NCBI GenBank assembly: GCA_963678065.2
Contig: CAXXVZ010000003.1
Location: 896,001 to 960,000 of the forward strand
Direction: 5' to 3'
Source: Treponemataceae bacterium
GTDB taxonomy: Bacteria > Spirochaetota > Spirochaetia > Treponematales > Rectinemataceae
DNA length: 64,000 nucleotides
The notes beneath the pieces were generated by a model. It ran no database searches. It was given only the letters and a program-made list of their open reading frames with translations, and was not told the origin of the DNA. Within the stretch, counting starts at the first letter, position 1. The number at the start of each line of letters is the position of its first letter. A program made the position numbers and the translations under genes. Shown here in pieces: positions 1 to 9,142 of the stretch.

Positions 1-565
1 ACTCTCCTGGGCTCGTGATGGAGCGCTCGGCCACATCCTTCGTGATGCGCGTTTCCTCGGTGACCTTGGATTGGCTCCCTGTCGAGAAGTGCTGTCCATC
101 TTTTTCGCCGAGCCAGGTATCGAGGAGCATGCGAAAACCCACCCTGATGTCCTGGCTTCCCGTATTCTCGATATCGAATGACATCTTGAAGGAGTCGGCA
201 ACGGAAGAGCCTTCGGACTTCACAAGCTCGATGCGTTGGCGCACAACGCAGGAGGAGGATTTGAAGAATATCACGACCCCGTGCTCTATTCTGGCGAGGG
301 AAAACCTGAACTCCGCAGCCTCGCCGAGTCGGTAGTAGCGTGAGTCGAGCGCGAGTGTCGGGAAAGTCGTCCGCGAATCCTGGTCGAAGAGGAGGGGCTC
401 GTAGCGGTTCCGCCCAACCTCGGCGAGGCGGTAGAACGCGACACGACCCGTAATATCGTTGACAACGAGCTTGACGACTCCCTCGCCGAGCTCCAAGGAG
501 GACAGGGGCAGGATAAGGACGGCGGCAAAGAGCAGCGCGAAAGACAGCGCACAGGGCCTTCTCAT
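1..565 (-). CDS. Exported hypothetical protein, partial (runs off the window start)
   Basis: Not in the ORF track. Manual translation from ATG 565 gives MRRPCALSFALLFAAVLILPLSSLELGEGVVKLVVND..., a signal peptide-like N-terminus, open to position 1. ATGA overlap with the upstream stop codon. Confidence 0.75.
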   Translation of the reverse strand, partial: MRRPCALSFALLFAAVLILPLSSLELGEGVVKLVVNDITGRVAFYRLAEVGRNRYEPLLFDQDSRTTFPTLALDSRYYRLGEAAEFRFSLARIEHGVVIFFKSSSCVVRQRIELVKSEGSSVADSFKMSFDIENTGSQDIRVGFRMLLDTWLGEKDGQHFSTGSQSKVTEETRITKDVAERSITSPGE

Positions 566-1434
566 TTGCCCCCCTCCGAATTCATCCTGCGTATGTACTT
601 CTCCAGAAGATCGAGCGTTTCCGCCTTGGCGGCAAGCAGCGCAGCGAGTTTTTCCTGTCCGGCCGCGTTTTCCGCACCCACGCCGGAGGCCGCGGGCTTT
701 CCCTGAAGCGCCGCGAGCCTCGCATTGAGATCTGAGACCTGAGCGCGCAGACCCGCGATCGTGGCCTCCAGATCTCCGATCTTCCGGTTGTATTCGACCT
801 TTACGGCGGAAGCGGAGATGCGCGCGCGCTCCAGTTCGTCCAGAAGTGCCCTTTCCCTGTCCTTCTGAGCCAGACTTTCGAGCCGATACCGCGCCGCTTC
901 GTATTTGACGCTTGTCGGATAGTCTCTGACGATGGCCTGGAAAACGGTCCGCGCAAGCTCGGGCTTGTCCATCGCGTACAGGCACTCGCCCATCCAGTAG
1001 ATGGCTGAGGGCCTCAAGGGGTGAGTCCACAGCGGCTCGTTGACGAACCACTTAAAAGTCTCATAGGCCGCCATGAGATCGCCGGCGACGAACTGGATGC
1101 GTCCTCTCTGATAGAGAAGATCGAGGAGGTGGCGGCTGTCGCGGTAGCTCGTGCGGAAGGTCTCGATGTCGGGCAGGACGGAGACGGTCTCGCCGAGGGC
1201 GATCCTGGACATGATCGTCCAGTACTGCGCGTCGGAGCGCGGCGTATACCGCTCATCGGCGCCGGCGGCCTGACGGAACAGGGGCAGCGCCTCGGCGTAG
1301 CGTCCCTGGGAGAAGAGGAGGAGTCCCTGGTCGACTCCGGAACGCGGATCGAGTCCCTGCGCATGCGCAGCCTGGGCAGTTGCCAGGACGGCAATGACGA
1401 GAAGGGCTGATCTGATTCCCCGTTTTCTTTCCAT
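562..1434 (-). CDS. Exported TPR protein with C-terminal coiled coil (BamD/CpoB-like)
   Basis: Signal peptide (RSALLVIAVLATAQAAHA), TPR-like motifs (LLYQRGRIQF, AIYWMGECLY, IVRDYPTS) and a heptad-rich tail. Start moved to MERKRG. Confidence 0.75.
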   Translation of the reverse strand: MERKRGIRSALLVIAVLATAQAAHAQGLDPRSGVDQGLLLFSQGRYAEALPLFRQAAGADERYTPRSDAQYWTIMSRIALGETVSVLPDIETFRTSYRDSRHLLDLLYQRGRIQFVAGDLMAAYETFKWFVNEPLWTHPLRPSAIYWMGECLYAMDKPELARTVFQAIVRDYPTSVKYEAARYRLESLAQKDRERALLDELERARISASAVKVEYNRKIGDLEATIAGLRAQVSDLNARLAALQGKPAASGVGAENAAGQEKLAALLAAKAETLDLLEKYIRRMNSEGGK

Positions 1435-1580
1435 GCGGCTCGAACTCCCCCGGAACGGAATTACATTCCCACTCTTTGCATATCGGCATGAGGGATGCAC
1501 GCATTGACCACAATCCTCTGAAGCGACGGGGCTCGCCTTGCCCCGCCCGCCGCCCCTACTCCTTCTGCCGGGGCGGTTCG

Positions 1581-2246
1581 TCAGAGCGCGGAATAGGCCT
1601 GCCTGGCCGCCTCAACTTCGGATCCAGGATCGGCTGATGCAAAAAATGCGCTTCCCATCACGAGAACGTCCGGAGCCGCTCCGACGATGCGCCCGAGCGT
1701 CGAGGAATTGACTCCGCCGTCGATCGAAATGAGGAAAGACAGGCCGCGCTCATGGCGAATTTCGGAGAGTCTTTTGACTTTTTCGAGGCAGGAGGGAATC
1801 ATGGACTGCCCGCCCGCTCCGGGATTCACGGTCATGACGAGGACGAGATCCACCGACTCGAGGAGCTCCGTTATCTGGCTGACAGGCGTCGCCGGCACGA
1901 TTGAAATGCCAGCCTTTTTTCCGGCCGCCTTGATTTTCTGGACGAGAAGGTGGGAGTGCACGCAAGCCTCGGTGTGGAAGGTGATGTAGTCGGCGCCAGC
2001 CTCGACGAAGGACTGGACCTGGCGCTCGGGCTCCACCGTCATGAGGTGGGCGTCCAGCACGAGCTTTGTCCTCGGCCGCAAATCGGCAACCATCTTCGCG
2101 CCGAACGTGATGGAGGGAACGAAACGGCCGTCCATCACGTCGAGATGTATCCATTCGGCTGTAGACTCTTCGATACGCGCAATGCCGGATTTCATGTCGT
2201 AAAAATCGGCGGAGAGAACGGAAGCTGCGATGATGGGACGTTTCAT
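1581..2246 (-). CDS. rpe: Ribulose-phosphate 3-epimerase
   Basis: HLDVMDGRFVPSITFG, DAHLM, VMTVNPG and IDGG motifs. Confidence 0.97.
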   Translation of the reverse strand: MKRPIIAASVLSADFYDMKSGIARIEESTAEWIHLDVMDGRFVPSITFGAKMVADLRPRTKLVLDAHLMTVEPERQVQSFVEAGADYITFHTEACVHSHLLVQKIKAAGKKAGISIVPATPVSQITELLESVDLVLVMTVNPGAGGQSMIPSCLEKVKRLSEIRHERGLSFLISIDGGVNSSTLGRIVGAAPDVLVMGSAFFASADPGSEVEAARQAYSAL

Positions 2247-2400
2247 AGAGTTTTCATAACATGAAGGGGCTTGCGTTTTCTACCGTCCCGTCCGCGTGGC
2301 CCTTCCCCGGCTTGATCGGACTCGCTTCCCCGCCTTACGGCCGCAACTGGCCGAAGTCTGGAACAGGGAGCTCCGATAGTGCCCTGTTTTTCGGCATCGA

Positions 2401-2430
2401 TTGACTACGGAAGGCGCGATGGGATAATAT
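2401..2430 (+). promoter_or_regulatory. Probable sigma70 promoter for the TPR-greA operon
   Basis: TTGACT at 2401, then GATAAT (16 nt spacer) or TAATAT (18 nt spacer). Confidence 0.5.
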
Positions 2431-2473
2431 CGTATGGTTGGTATCTACGTCGTACACGAACCACCGGAAGAAC

Positions 2474-3412
2474 ATGAGCGAGCAGGAAAGCGTTTCCGCA
2501 CTCTTGATAAATGCATACGAGAGCCTCAGAAGCGTCGACCTCGACTCCGCGGTCGGGTTTTTCGACAAGGCCCTCGTGCTGGATTTCGAGTATCCGGAAA
2601 CCCTTTTTGCGCTGAAATGCGCCAACTTCTGGACGGACAGGATGGACAGGATCACGGCCCTCCCGGCGCCCTTCGAGCGGGGAGAATACATACTCTCCCA
2701 GTGGAAGGGATTCACGTCCTTTCTGGCCAAACTTTCCGGAGATTTCGAGCCCGCCCGCTACGCCTTCCGGCGCTTTGTCTTCGGTCTGGCCCTCAGAGAA
2801 TACCTAGCCGTCCCGGAGGAAGACCGGGCGAGCTGCGAGGCCGACCTCGAGTTCAGGCTTGGACGCTGCCGGAAGTGCTGTGGAGATTACGACGCCGCCA
2901 TCAGGCATCTCGAGACGGCAGCGAGGGCGCGCCGGGAAGACTCGGGCACCCTGGCGGAGCTGGCGGACGCCTACGCGCTTTCTGGCGAGATGCGGTCGTC
3001 CAAGGCGCTGTTCCGCGAGGCCTTCTACCTCGACCCTTCCGGCATCGACCTCGCCTTCCTCGAGTCGGAAATGATAACGCGACTCGCCGCGCGGGTCGCC
3101 GCCATACCCTACGAGGGAGCGGAGATCGCACAGTGGATACCGGTGTACGGGACTCTGTACGGAGTTTTCACGGTCAGGCGGGAGCTGCGTCAAGTCGAGG
3201 TCGGCAAGCTCAAACAGTCGATTTCGGAACTCGAGAGGGACATCAAGGACAACCCTAAAGAGGCTCCCCTTCTGAAGCCCCGTCTGATCAACCGGTACTT
3301 CTGGCTCGTGGACCATTACGAAGCGATCGGGGAAGCGCATTCCAGGATCGATGAAATCCTGCTGAAGGTGCGGCTTCTCGATCAGTCAGTATATACATTG
3401 TACATAGCCTAG
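2474..3412 (+). CDS. Conserved TPR-containing hypothetical protein upstream of greA
   Basis: Helical TPR-like repeats (FRLGRCRKCCGDYDAAIRHLE, LAELADAYALSGE). Start is probably ATG 2474; the ORF is open from 2438. Confidence 0.75.
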   Translation: MSEQESVSALLINAYESLRSVDLDSAVGFFDKALVLDFEYPETLFALKCANFWTDRMDRITALPAPFERGEYILSQWKGFTSFLAKLSGDFEPARYAFRRFVFGLALREYLAVPEEDRASCEADLEFRLGRCRKCCGDYDAAIRHLETAARARREDSGTLAELADAYALSGEMRSSKALFREAFYLDPSGIDLAFLESEMITRLAARVAAIPYEGAEIAQWIPVYGTLYGVFTVRRELRQVEVGKLKQSISELERDIKDNPKEAPLLKPRLINRYFWLVDHYEAIGEAHSRIDEILLKVRLLDQSVYTLYIA

Positions 3413-3424
3413 AGAGGAGAATAT

Positions 3425-6109
3425 ATGTCCGATTCGCAGCTTGTCCCCAGGGTCCAGGAACTTCTCAATGAGGAAAAGTGGACCAGGGCCACACTAGCCA
3501 ACTATTCCATCGCCAACCTGAAGGAACTGGATGCGCTCGTCGAAGAAGCCAAGCTGGAAAAATCCGACGACGAGATCAAGGCGATCTGCGACGAGCATCT
3601 CACCCATACCAAGAACAGCATAATCGCCCTCTACGTCTCGGGCATCATCACCCTCCTGCACCAGCAGATCGACGATTCCGCCATGGTGCAGCTCCTCGAC
3701 ATCTTCGCCGACTCGAAGCGCTGGAACGTCGTCGAGTTCATCTGCAACCGCGTCCTCGATTTCGGCGACAACAGGATGGCCCTGCGCCGTCTCTCCGAGG
3801 TCTACGAGAACGAAAACGAGACCGAGAAGAAGTACAGCACCTGGGAAAAACTCATCCGCGTGGATTTCGAGGAAGCGGATATCGTCAAAGCCCTGGCCGA
3901 ATACAAGGAAAAGAACGGCAACCGCGAGGAGTCCATCGACTTCTACAAGAAGGCCCTGCACCGGTACATCAACAAGGGCCTCTCGTCCAATGTCAAGGAG
4001 ATATGGGCCAAGCTCGTCGAGTCCTGTCCCCAGGACATCGACTTCTTCTTCCACGTCCAGCGCAAGATCGCCAAGCAGTTTTCGGTCGAGAAGGCGGCGT
4101 TCCTCCTCTCCGACCTGTTCCGCCATTACAAGGCCGCCGAGGACTGGAACACCGCCCTCGACATCCTCAAGCTCATCATATCGTACGACGACAAGGGCCC
4201 CGGCCTGCGCAAGGACGTGATAGACTGCTACCGGGGCAAATACGCGGGACACTCCCACCTCGACGACTACATCAGGATGTCCAATCTCTCGCAGTCATAC
4301 CGCAGTCTCAACGAGGCCATGGCCGACTTCGAGAAGCACATCGCCTTTGACGCCGGCAACTTCGTCTTCCACCGCACCTGGAATGTCGGAAGGATAGCCG
4401 TGATCAAGGGCGACGAGATCGTGATCGACTTCGCGAAGAGCAGGGGCCACAAGATGAGTCTCAAGATGGCTATCGACAGCCTGACCTCCCTCTCCAAAGA
4501 TCACATTTGGGTTCTCAAGGCGGTCTGGTCCAAGGAAAAGCTCCGCGACAAGGTCAAGAACGACCCGGTGTGGACCCTCAAAACCATCATCAAGAGTTTC
4601 GACAACAGAGCCGACCTCAAAAAGATCAAGGCCGAGCTTGTTCCCTCCGTCCTCACCGCGAGCGAATGGAATTCCTGGAGCTCCAAGGCCCGCGAAAACA
4701 TCAAGTCTGACCCCCTCTTCGGGAACGCCCAGGATGACATCGACACATTCATCGTCAGGGACCGCCCTCTCTCCCGCGAGGAGAAGATATACAACCAGTT
4801 CAAGGCCGAGAAGAACTTCTTCGAACGCGTGCAGTATGTCCGTGATTTCCTCGAATTCGGCGAGCCCGATTCCGAGTTCTTCGCCGAAATGCTCGCCCTG
4901 TTCACCGGTTTCGTTCGCAGCTACCAGAATGTGAACGAATATGTCGTGTCATCATATCTCTTTCTCAAGGAAATCGCGGGCGCCCATCCCCACCTCAACA
5001 GCACGGCCGGGTCCAGTTTCGCGGAGATGTTCGCCGAAATCGAGGATCCCTACGCGATCTATGAGTCGATCAAGGACGCGGGCCTCAAGAAGGACTATCT
5101 CTCCAACATCAAAAACTTCGTCCCGGAATGGACCGACGTCTACGTCCGGCTCTTCCCCTCCTGCCGTTCTCCCGAAATCCTCGCCCAGCTCGAAGCTACC
5201 GGCCACACCGACAAGCTCAAGAGCATGGTCATGAACATCATCGAAAACTACAAGGATTACCGGGAAGCCTTCATCTGGGTCGTAAAGAACCTCAAAGCCC
5301 AGCCCTGGTTCACCGAGATCGGGCTGCCCCAGGACAAAATCCTCATCACCCTCGTCCACATCCTCGACCTCACCTTCAAAGAGATGGAAAGCCACAGGGA
5401 CACGACGGAAAACCGCAAGATCAACAAGCAGGTCCAGACTATCCTCTTCAAGGAAGGCGAGCTCAAGACTTTCCTCGGCCAGGCATCGGCCGAAACCATC
5501 GAAAGGATTTTCGTTCTCGTCGGCGAGGTGAAGGATCTCGACCCCGCCATCAAACTCGATCTTCGGCGCGAGATCTCGCGCCGCTATCCTGACTTCAAGT
5601 TCGGCAACGAGGAAGAGAAGACCATCGTCTCCCGGGGACTCATCGTCACGCCCGCGAAGTACGAGGAGAAGAACCGACTCCTGCAGCAGATCCTGGAAGT
5701 GGAAGTTCCGACCAACCAGAAGGAAATTGCCTACGCCCTTTCCCTCGGCGACTTGCGCGAAAATGCCGAGTACAAGGCCGCAAAGGAAAAGCAGGACGAG
5801 CTCAACTCCAAGGTTGCCAAACTCAAGAACGAGATCGAGCGCGCCCAGCTCTTCGACAAGACGAGCATCAACACGGCGAAAGTATCCTTCGGAACTGTCG
5901 TGAGGCTCCACAACGACCTCACGCAGCAGACGGAAACCTACACCATCCTCGGCCCCTGGGAGTCCGATCCCGACTCCAACGTCATCTCCTACCTCTCGCC
6001 CCTCGGGAAGAAACTCTTCAACCACAAGGTCGGCGACAAGCTCTCCTTCCTCATCCATGAGAGATCCTTCCAGTACCTCGTGGAGGAAATCACCGCCATA
6101 AAGATCTGA
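3425..6109 (+). CDS. greA: Transcription elongation factor GreA, long spirochete form with ~730-aa N-terminal extension
   Basis: C-terminal GDLRENAEYKAAKE and YTILGPWESD...ISYLSPLGKKL motifs. GAGGAG SD. Confidence 0.93.
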   Translation: MSDSQLVPRVQELLNEEKWTRATLANYSIANLKELDALVEEAKLEKSDDEIKAICDEHLTHTKNSIIALYVSGIITLLHQQIDDSAMVQLLDIFADSKRWNVVEFICNRVLDFGDNRMALRRLSEVYENENETEKKYSTWEKLIRVDFEEADIVKALAEYKEKNGNREESIDFYKKALHRYINKGLSSNVKEIWAKLVESCPQDIDFFFHVQRKIAKQFSVEKAAFLLSDLFRHYKAAEDWNTALDILKLIISYDDKGPGLRKDVIDCYRGKYAGHSHLDDYIRMSNLSQSYRSLNEAMADFEKHIAFDAGNFVFHRTWNVGRIAVIKGDEIVIDFAKSRGHKMSLKMAIDSLTSLSKDHIWVLKAVWSKEKLRDKVKNDPVWTLKTIIKSFDNRADLKKIKAELVPSVLTASEWNSWSSKARENIKSDPLFGNAQDDIDTFIVRDRPLSREEKIYNQFKAEKNFFERVQYVRDFLEFGEPDSEFFAEMLALFTGFVRSYQNVNEYVVSSYLFLKEIAGAHPHLNSTAGSSFAEMFAEIEDPYAIYESIKDAGLKKDYLSNIKNFVPEWTDVYVRLFPSCRSPEILAQLEATGHTDKLKSMVMNIIENYKDYREAFIWVVKNLKAQPWFTEIGLPQDKILITLVHILDLTFKEMESHRDTTENRKINKQVQTILFKEGELKTFLGQASAETIERIFVLVGEVKDLDPAIKLDLRREISRRYPDFKFGNEEEKTIVSRGLIVTPAKYEEKNRLLQQILEVEVPTNQKEIAYALSLGDLRENAEYKAAKEKQDELNSKVAKLKNEIERAQLFDKTSINTAKVSFGTVVRLHNDLTQQTETYTILGPWESDPDSNVISYLSPLGKKLFNHKVGDKLSFLIHERSFQYLVEEITAIKI

Positions 6110-6125
6110 GAATAGAGAAATCGTG

Positions 6126-6164
6126 AAAAAGGCGCAGATTCCGGGAAGGAGCTGCGCCTTTTTT
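6126..6164. terminator. Intrinsic terminator, probably bidirectional
   Basis: AAAAAGGCGCAG...CTGCGCCTTTTTT stem with A and T tracts, between convergent genes. Confidence 0.8.
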
Positions 6165-6228
6165 CTATAAGGCGGTACCCTTTTTTATAGTGGCAGTGCC
6201 TTTTCTTATACGGCGCCTTTCTTCCCTG

Positions 6229-6870
6229 TCAGGGGCCACGTGAAGAAGCGGAAAGCCTCCTCACTCCCACGAGCCGCCTCCGCCAGTTCCCATCGTCGAG
6301 CGACGAAATGATCACACCTCTTTTTTCGCCCTCGGAAGCCGAGTGTATGAAAGTTTCCGAGGAGAGCGCTATGCCGACGTGGTAGATTTCTCCATCGCGG
6401 GCGAACAGCAGGATATCGCCGGGGGACATCTGACCGCCCACACGCTCCCCGACGATGGCGTAATCGCCTGAACTTCGGGGAAATACTCTGCCCATGCCCG
6501 TCGCCTTGGCAAGAACGGCCCCCACATACCCTGAACAGTCGGTGCCCGACATCGAAGAGCCTCCGTAGGCGTAGGGAACGCCCTTCCAGCGCAGGGCCTC
6601 CGCGACGATCGCGAGGACTGACTCATCCATCGGGTCCGGCAGGGGAGGTGGTTTGAGGGAGAAGAGGGGGTCGGGCTCAAAGGAGAGACCGCGCGCGATG
6701 GGAAGAACCAGAGCCGGGGCATGGACAGCGCTGTCCACCTCGGGAGCCTCCGAGGCGAAGGCCTGTTGCATCGCGCAGAGCATCCCGAGGCCGGCGGCGC
6801 AGGCCAGGAAGAAGCGGAGCGAACCCCTGCCCGCCTCAGCCCGCGCTGTGCGCCGCGTTTCGCGCATCAT
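6229..6870 (-). CDS. NlpC/P60 (C40) cell-wall peptidase
   Basis: GVPYAYGG...GTDCSGY, PGDILLF, YHVGI and FIHSAS motifs. Hydrophobic signal segment; start uncertain. Confidence 0.9.
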   Translation of the reverse strand: MMRETRRTARAEAGRGSLRFFLACAAGLGMLCAMQQAFASEAPEVDSAVHAPALVLPIARGLSFEPDPLFSLKPPPLPDPMDESVLAIVAEALRWKGVPYAYGGSSMSGTDCSGYVGAVLAKATGMGRVFPRSSGDYAIVGERVGGQMSPGDILLFARDGEIYHVGIALSSETFIHSASEGEKRGVIISSLDDGNWRRRLVGVRRLSASSRGP

Positions 6871-8005
6871 CGGTGCTCCGGTATTCCGAGAGAAAGGCAC
6901 GCTGAAAGGTGGAGAAGTATCCACCATCGATGCTCACGCGGATTTTCCTGACAAGATCGTTGAGGAAGTACAGGTTGTGGTAGGTTCCGAGCATGGCGTA
7001 CAGAATCTCGTCGTTCTTGAACATGTGTCTGAGGTAGGCCCGGGAGTGGTTGCGGCAGACCCTGCAGGTGCAGGAAGGGTCGATCGGGCCGAAATCCCGC
7101 TCGTTGGCCGCCTTTTTGATGGAAAGCGGCCCCTTTGCCGTGAAAAGCAGGCCGTTGCGGGCCGTCCTTGTCGGGAAAACGCAGTCGAAGAGGTCGATAC
7201 CGTTGCGGACCGCCTCCAGTATGTACTCCGGCGTCCCGATCCCCATCAGGTAGCGTGGCTTGTCCTCGGGAAGCATAGCGGAGGTATAGTCCAGAAAGTC
7301 TGCAAAGACATCGAATGGTTCCCCGACGGACAGGCCACCGATGGCGATGCCGGGGAGATCGAAGGAGAGGATTTCCTCAGCGCTCTGTTTTCGCAAATCC
7401 TTGAAAAAATTCCCCTGGATGATGCCGAAGAGTTTCCCCCGATAATCCTCTTCATCATTGGCCCGCAGCCAGCGCTCCTTCGCGCGCCGCGCCCATTCCG
7501 TGGTGAGTCTCAGCGCCTTCGCGGCGCCCTTTTCTTCCTCGCCCCAGGGCGTGCAGACATCGAGCTGCATCTGGACATCGCTGTTGAAAGCAGTCTGGAT
7601 CTCCACGGCGATTTCCGGCGAGAGGAACCTGAGAGAGCCGTCGATGTGGGAGCGGAATTTGACTCCCTCATCTGTGATTTTGCGGAAAGGGGCCAGCGAG
7701 AAGACCTGGAATCCGCCGGAGTCGGTCAGGAAATTGCCCTTCCAGTTGGTGAAGCCGTGGAGGCCGCCGGCGGCCCTGATGACATCGGGGCCAGGGCGGA
7801 GAAAGAGGTGGTAGGTGTTGGCGAGAATGATCCGGAAACCGATTTCGTCGAGGGAATCGGGACCGATGGCTTTGACCGTGGCATTCGTGCCGACGGGCAT
7901 GAATGCGGGGGTAGCAACGCGGCCGTGAGGAAAGAGGACGGAGCCCGTCCTGGCCCTCGTCGAGGGGTCACGCATTCCTGGCAGAAATATTGATCCTCTG
8001 TCCAT
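6836..8005 (-). CDS. tgt: Queuine tRNA-ribosyltransferase
   Basis: TPAFMPVGT, TDSGGFQVFSL, FDCVFPTR and CTCRVC Zn motif. Confidence 0.97.
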   Translation of the reverse strand: MDRGSIFLPGMRDPSTRARTGSVLFPHGRVATPAFMPVGTNATVKAIGPDSLDEIGFRIILANTYHLFLRPGPDVIRAAGGLHGFTNWKGNFLTDSGGFQVFSLAPFRKITDEGVKFRSHIDGSLRFLSPEIAVEIQTAFNSDVQMQLDVCTPWGEEEKGAAKALRLTTEWARRAKERWLRANDEEDYRGKLFGIIQGNFFKDLRKQSAEEILSFDLPGIAIGGLSVGEPFDVFADFLDYTSAMLPEDKPRYLMGIGTPEYILEAVRNGIDLFDCVFPTRTARNGLLFTAKGPLSIKKAANERDFGPIDPSCTCRVCRNHSRAYLRHMFKNDEILYAMLGTYHNLYFLNDLVRKIRVSIDGGYFSTFQRAFLSEYRSTDDARNAAHSAG

Positions 8006-8032
8006 GTTCTATCCTTTACATGCAAAATCCCA

Positions 8033-9142
8033 TCAGGTCCGGGCTGTCGCGAAGAGTCCGAGGGAGATGAGAGCGAAGAGAGCGAGGGGGAACCAGGCAC
8101 CAAGCGCAGGGTCCAAGGCCCCTGTCTTGGCGAGCAGCATTCCTATCATCTGCGCCACATAATACACGGTGGCGCAGATGAGGCTCACAAGAAGACTGGC
8201 GAGGAGGATGTTCTTCCTGAACCTGCCTCCCGTGGCTATGGACAGCAGGGTCACGATGATGGGGGCGAAGGCGAAGGAGTGCCGGCGATCGAGCTCGGAG
8301 CGGGCCTGGGCCGAGGGCAATCCCGCTCTCTCGAGAAGCGCCGCGTAGGCAGCGAGCTCGGAGCGCTTCATCTCCCTGATGTCGCGGTTCTGGCTGCGGA
8401 AGGTTTCCGGCGGCTCGTCGAGTTCGGGCAGCCTGATTTCGACTTCGGGGCTCTCCGTCCATGAATCCCGGTTTTCCGCCCTGAAATGGCGGACAGAGCG
8501 GAGTACCCACTCGCTTTCACGCCATTGTGCGCTGCGAGCTTCGTAGACGGAGACGGGCTCTCCCTGTGCGTTCCGCTCGACGATGATGAGGTCGGAGAGA
8601 GTTCCATTGAGGTCATCGTAGTATCCTGCGTGGTAGACGTACTTTCCGCCCCGCGAGATGATGGCGATGTCGGAATTGGAGAAGGAGGCTCGCTGGTGGA
8701 GCAGTTCCCGCTGAAGTGCGTTCCTGTCCCGCGTCGCGACGACAGCCACGGCGTCGTCGAAGACAAAACTGCATCCCGCGACCAGCGCCGAGACCAGCAA
8801 CAGAGGAAGAGTCAACTCCGCGAGGCTCACTCCGGAACCGAAGATGACGGGAAGCTCGCCGGATGCGCACAGATCGGAGAGACTGTAGGAGGCGGCGAAC
8901 AGCAGGGCCACCGGAACAGCGTTCACGAGCGAATAGGGAAAGCCAAGGAGGATGTACTCCATGATCTTGAAAAGCGATGCATCGAGGGCCAGAAAGCGCC
9001 AGAGGTTGGTGAAGAGGTCTACGAGGGTGATCACGACGGAAAACAGGATCATGGACGCGACCAGTCGCGGCAGGAAGGCCTTGAGCAGATAGCCCCGCAG
9101 GATGGGAATCCGCTTCGGGGCGCGCAGGGAAAGGGCCGCCAT
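8033..9142 (-). CDS. lptG: LptF/LptG-family permease (second subunit)
   Basis: 3+3 TM layout with periplasmic beta domain, ASGEL...SGVS and DPALGAWFP. True start MAALSL at 9142 overlaps the upstream stop. F versus G assignment is by position only. Confidence 0.85.
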   Translation of the reverse strand: MAALSLRAPKRIPILRGYLLKAFLPRLVASMILFSVVITLVDLFTNLWRFLALDASLFKIMEYILLGFPYSLVNAVPVALLFAASYSLSDLCASGELPVIFGSGVSLAELTLPLLLVSALVAGCSFVFDDAVAVVATRDRNALQRELLHQRASFSNSDIAIISRGGKYVYHAGYYDDLNGTLSDLIIVERNAQGEPVSVYEARSAQWRESEWVLRSVRHFRAENRDSWTESPEVEIRLPELDEPPETFRSQNRDIREMKRSELAAYAALLERAGLPSAQARSELDRRHSFAFAPIIVTLLSIATGGRFRKNILLASLLVSLICATVYYVAQMIGMLLAKTGALDPALGAWFPLALFALISLGLFATART

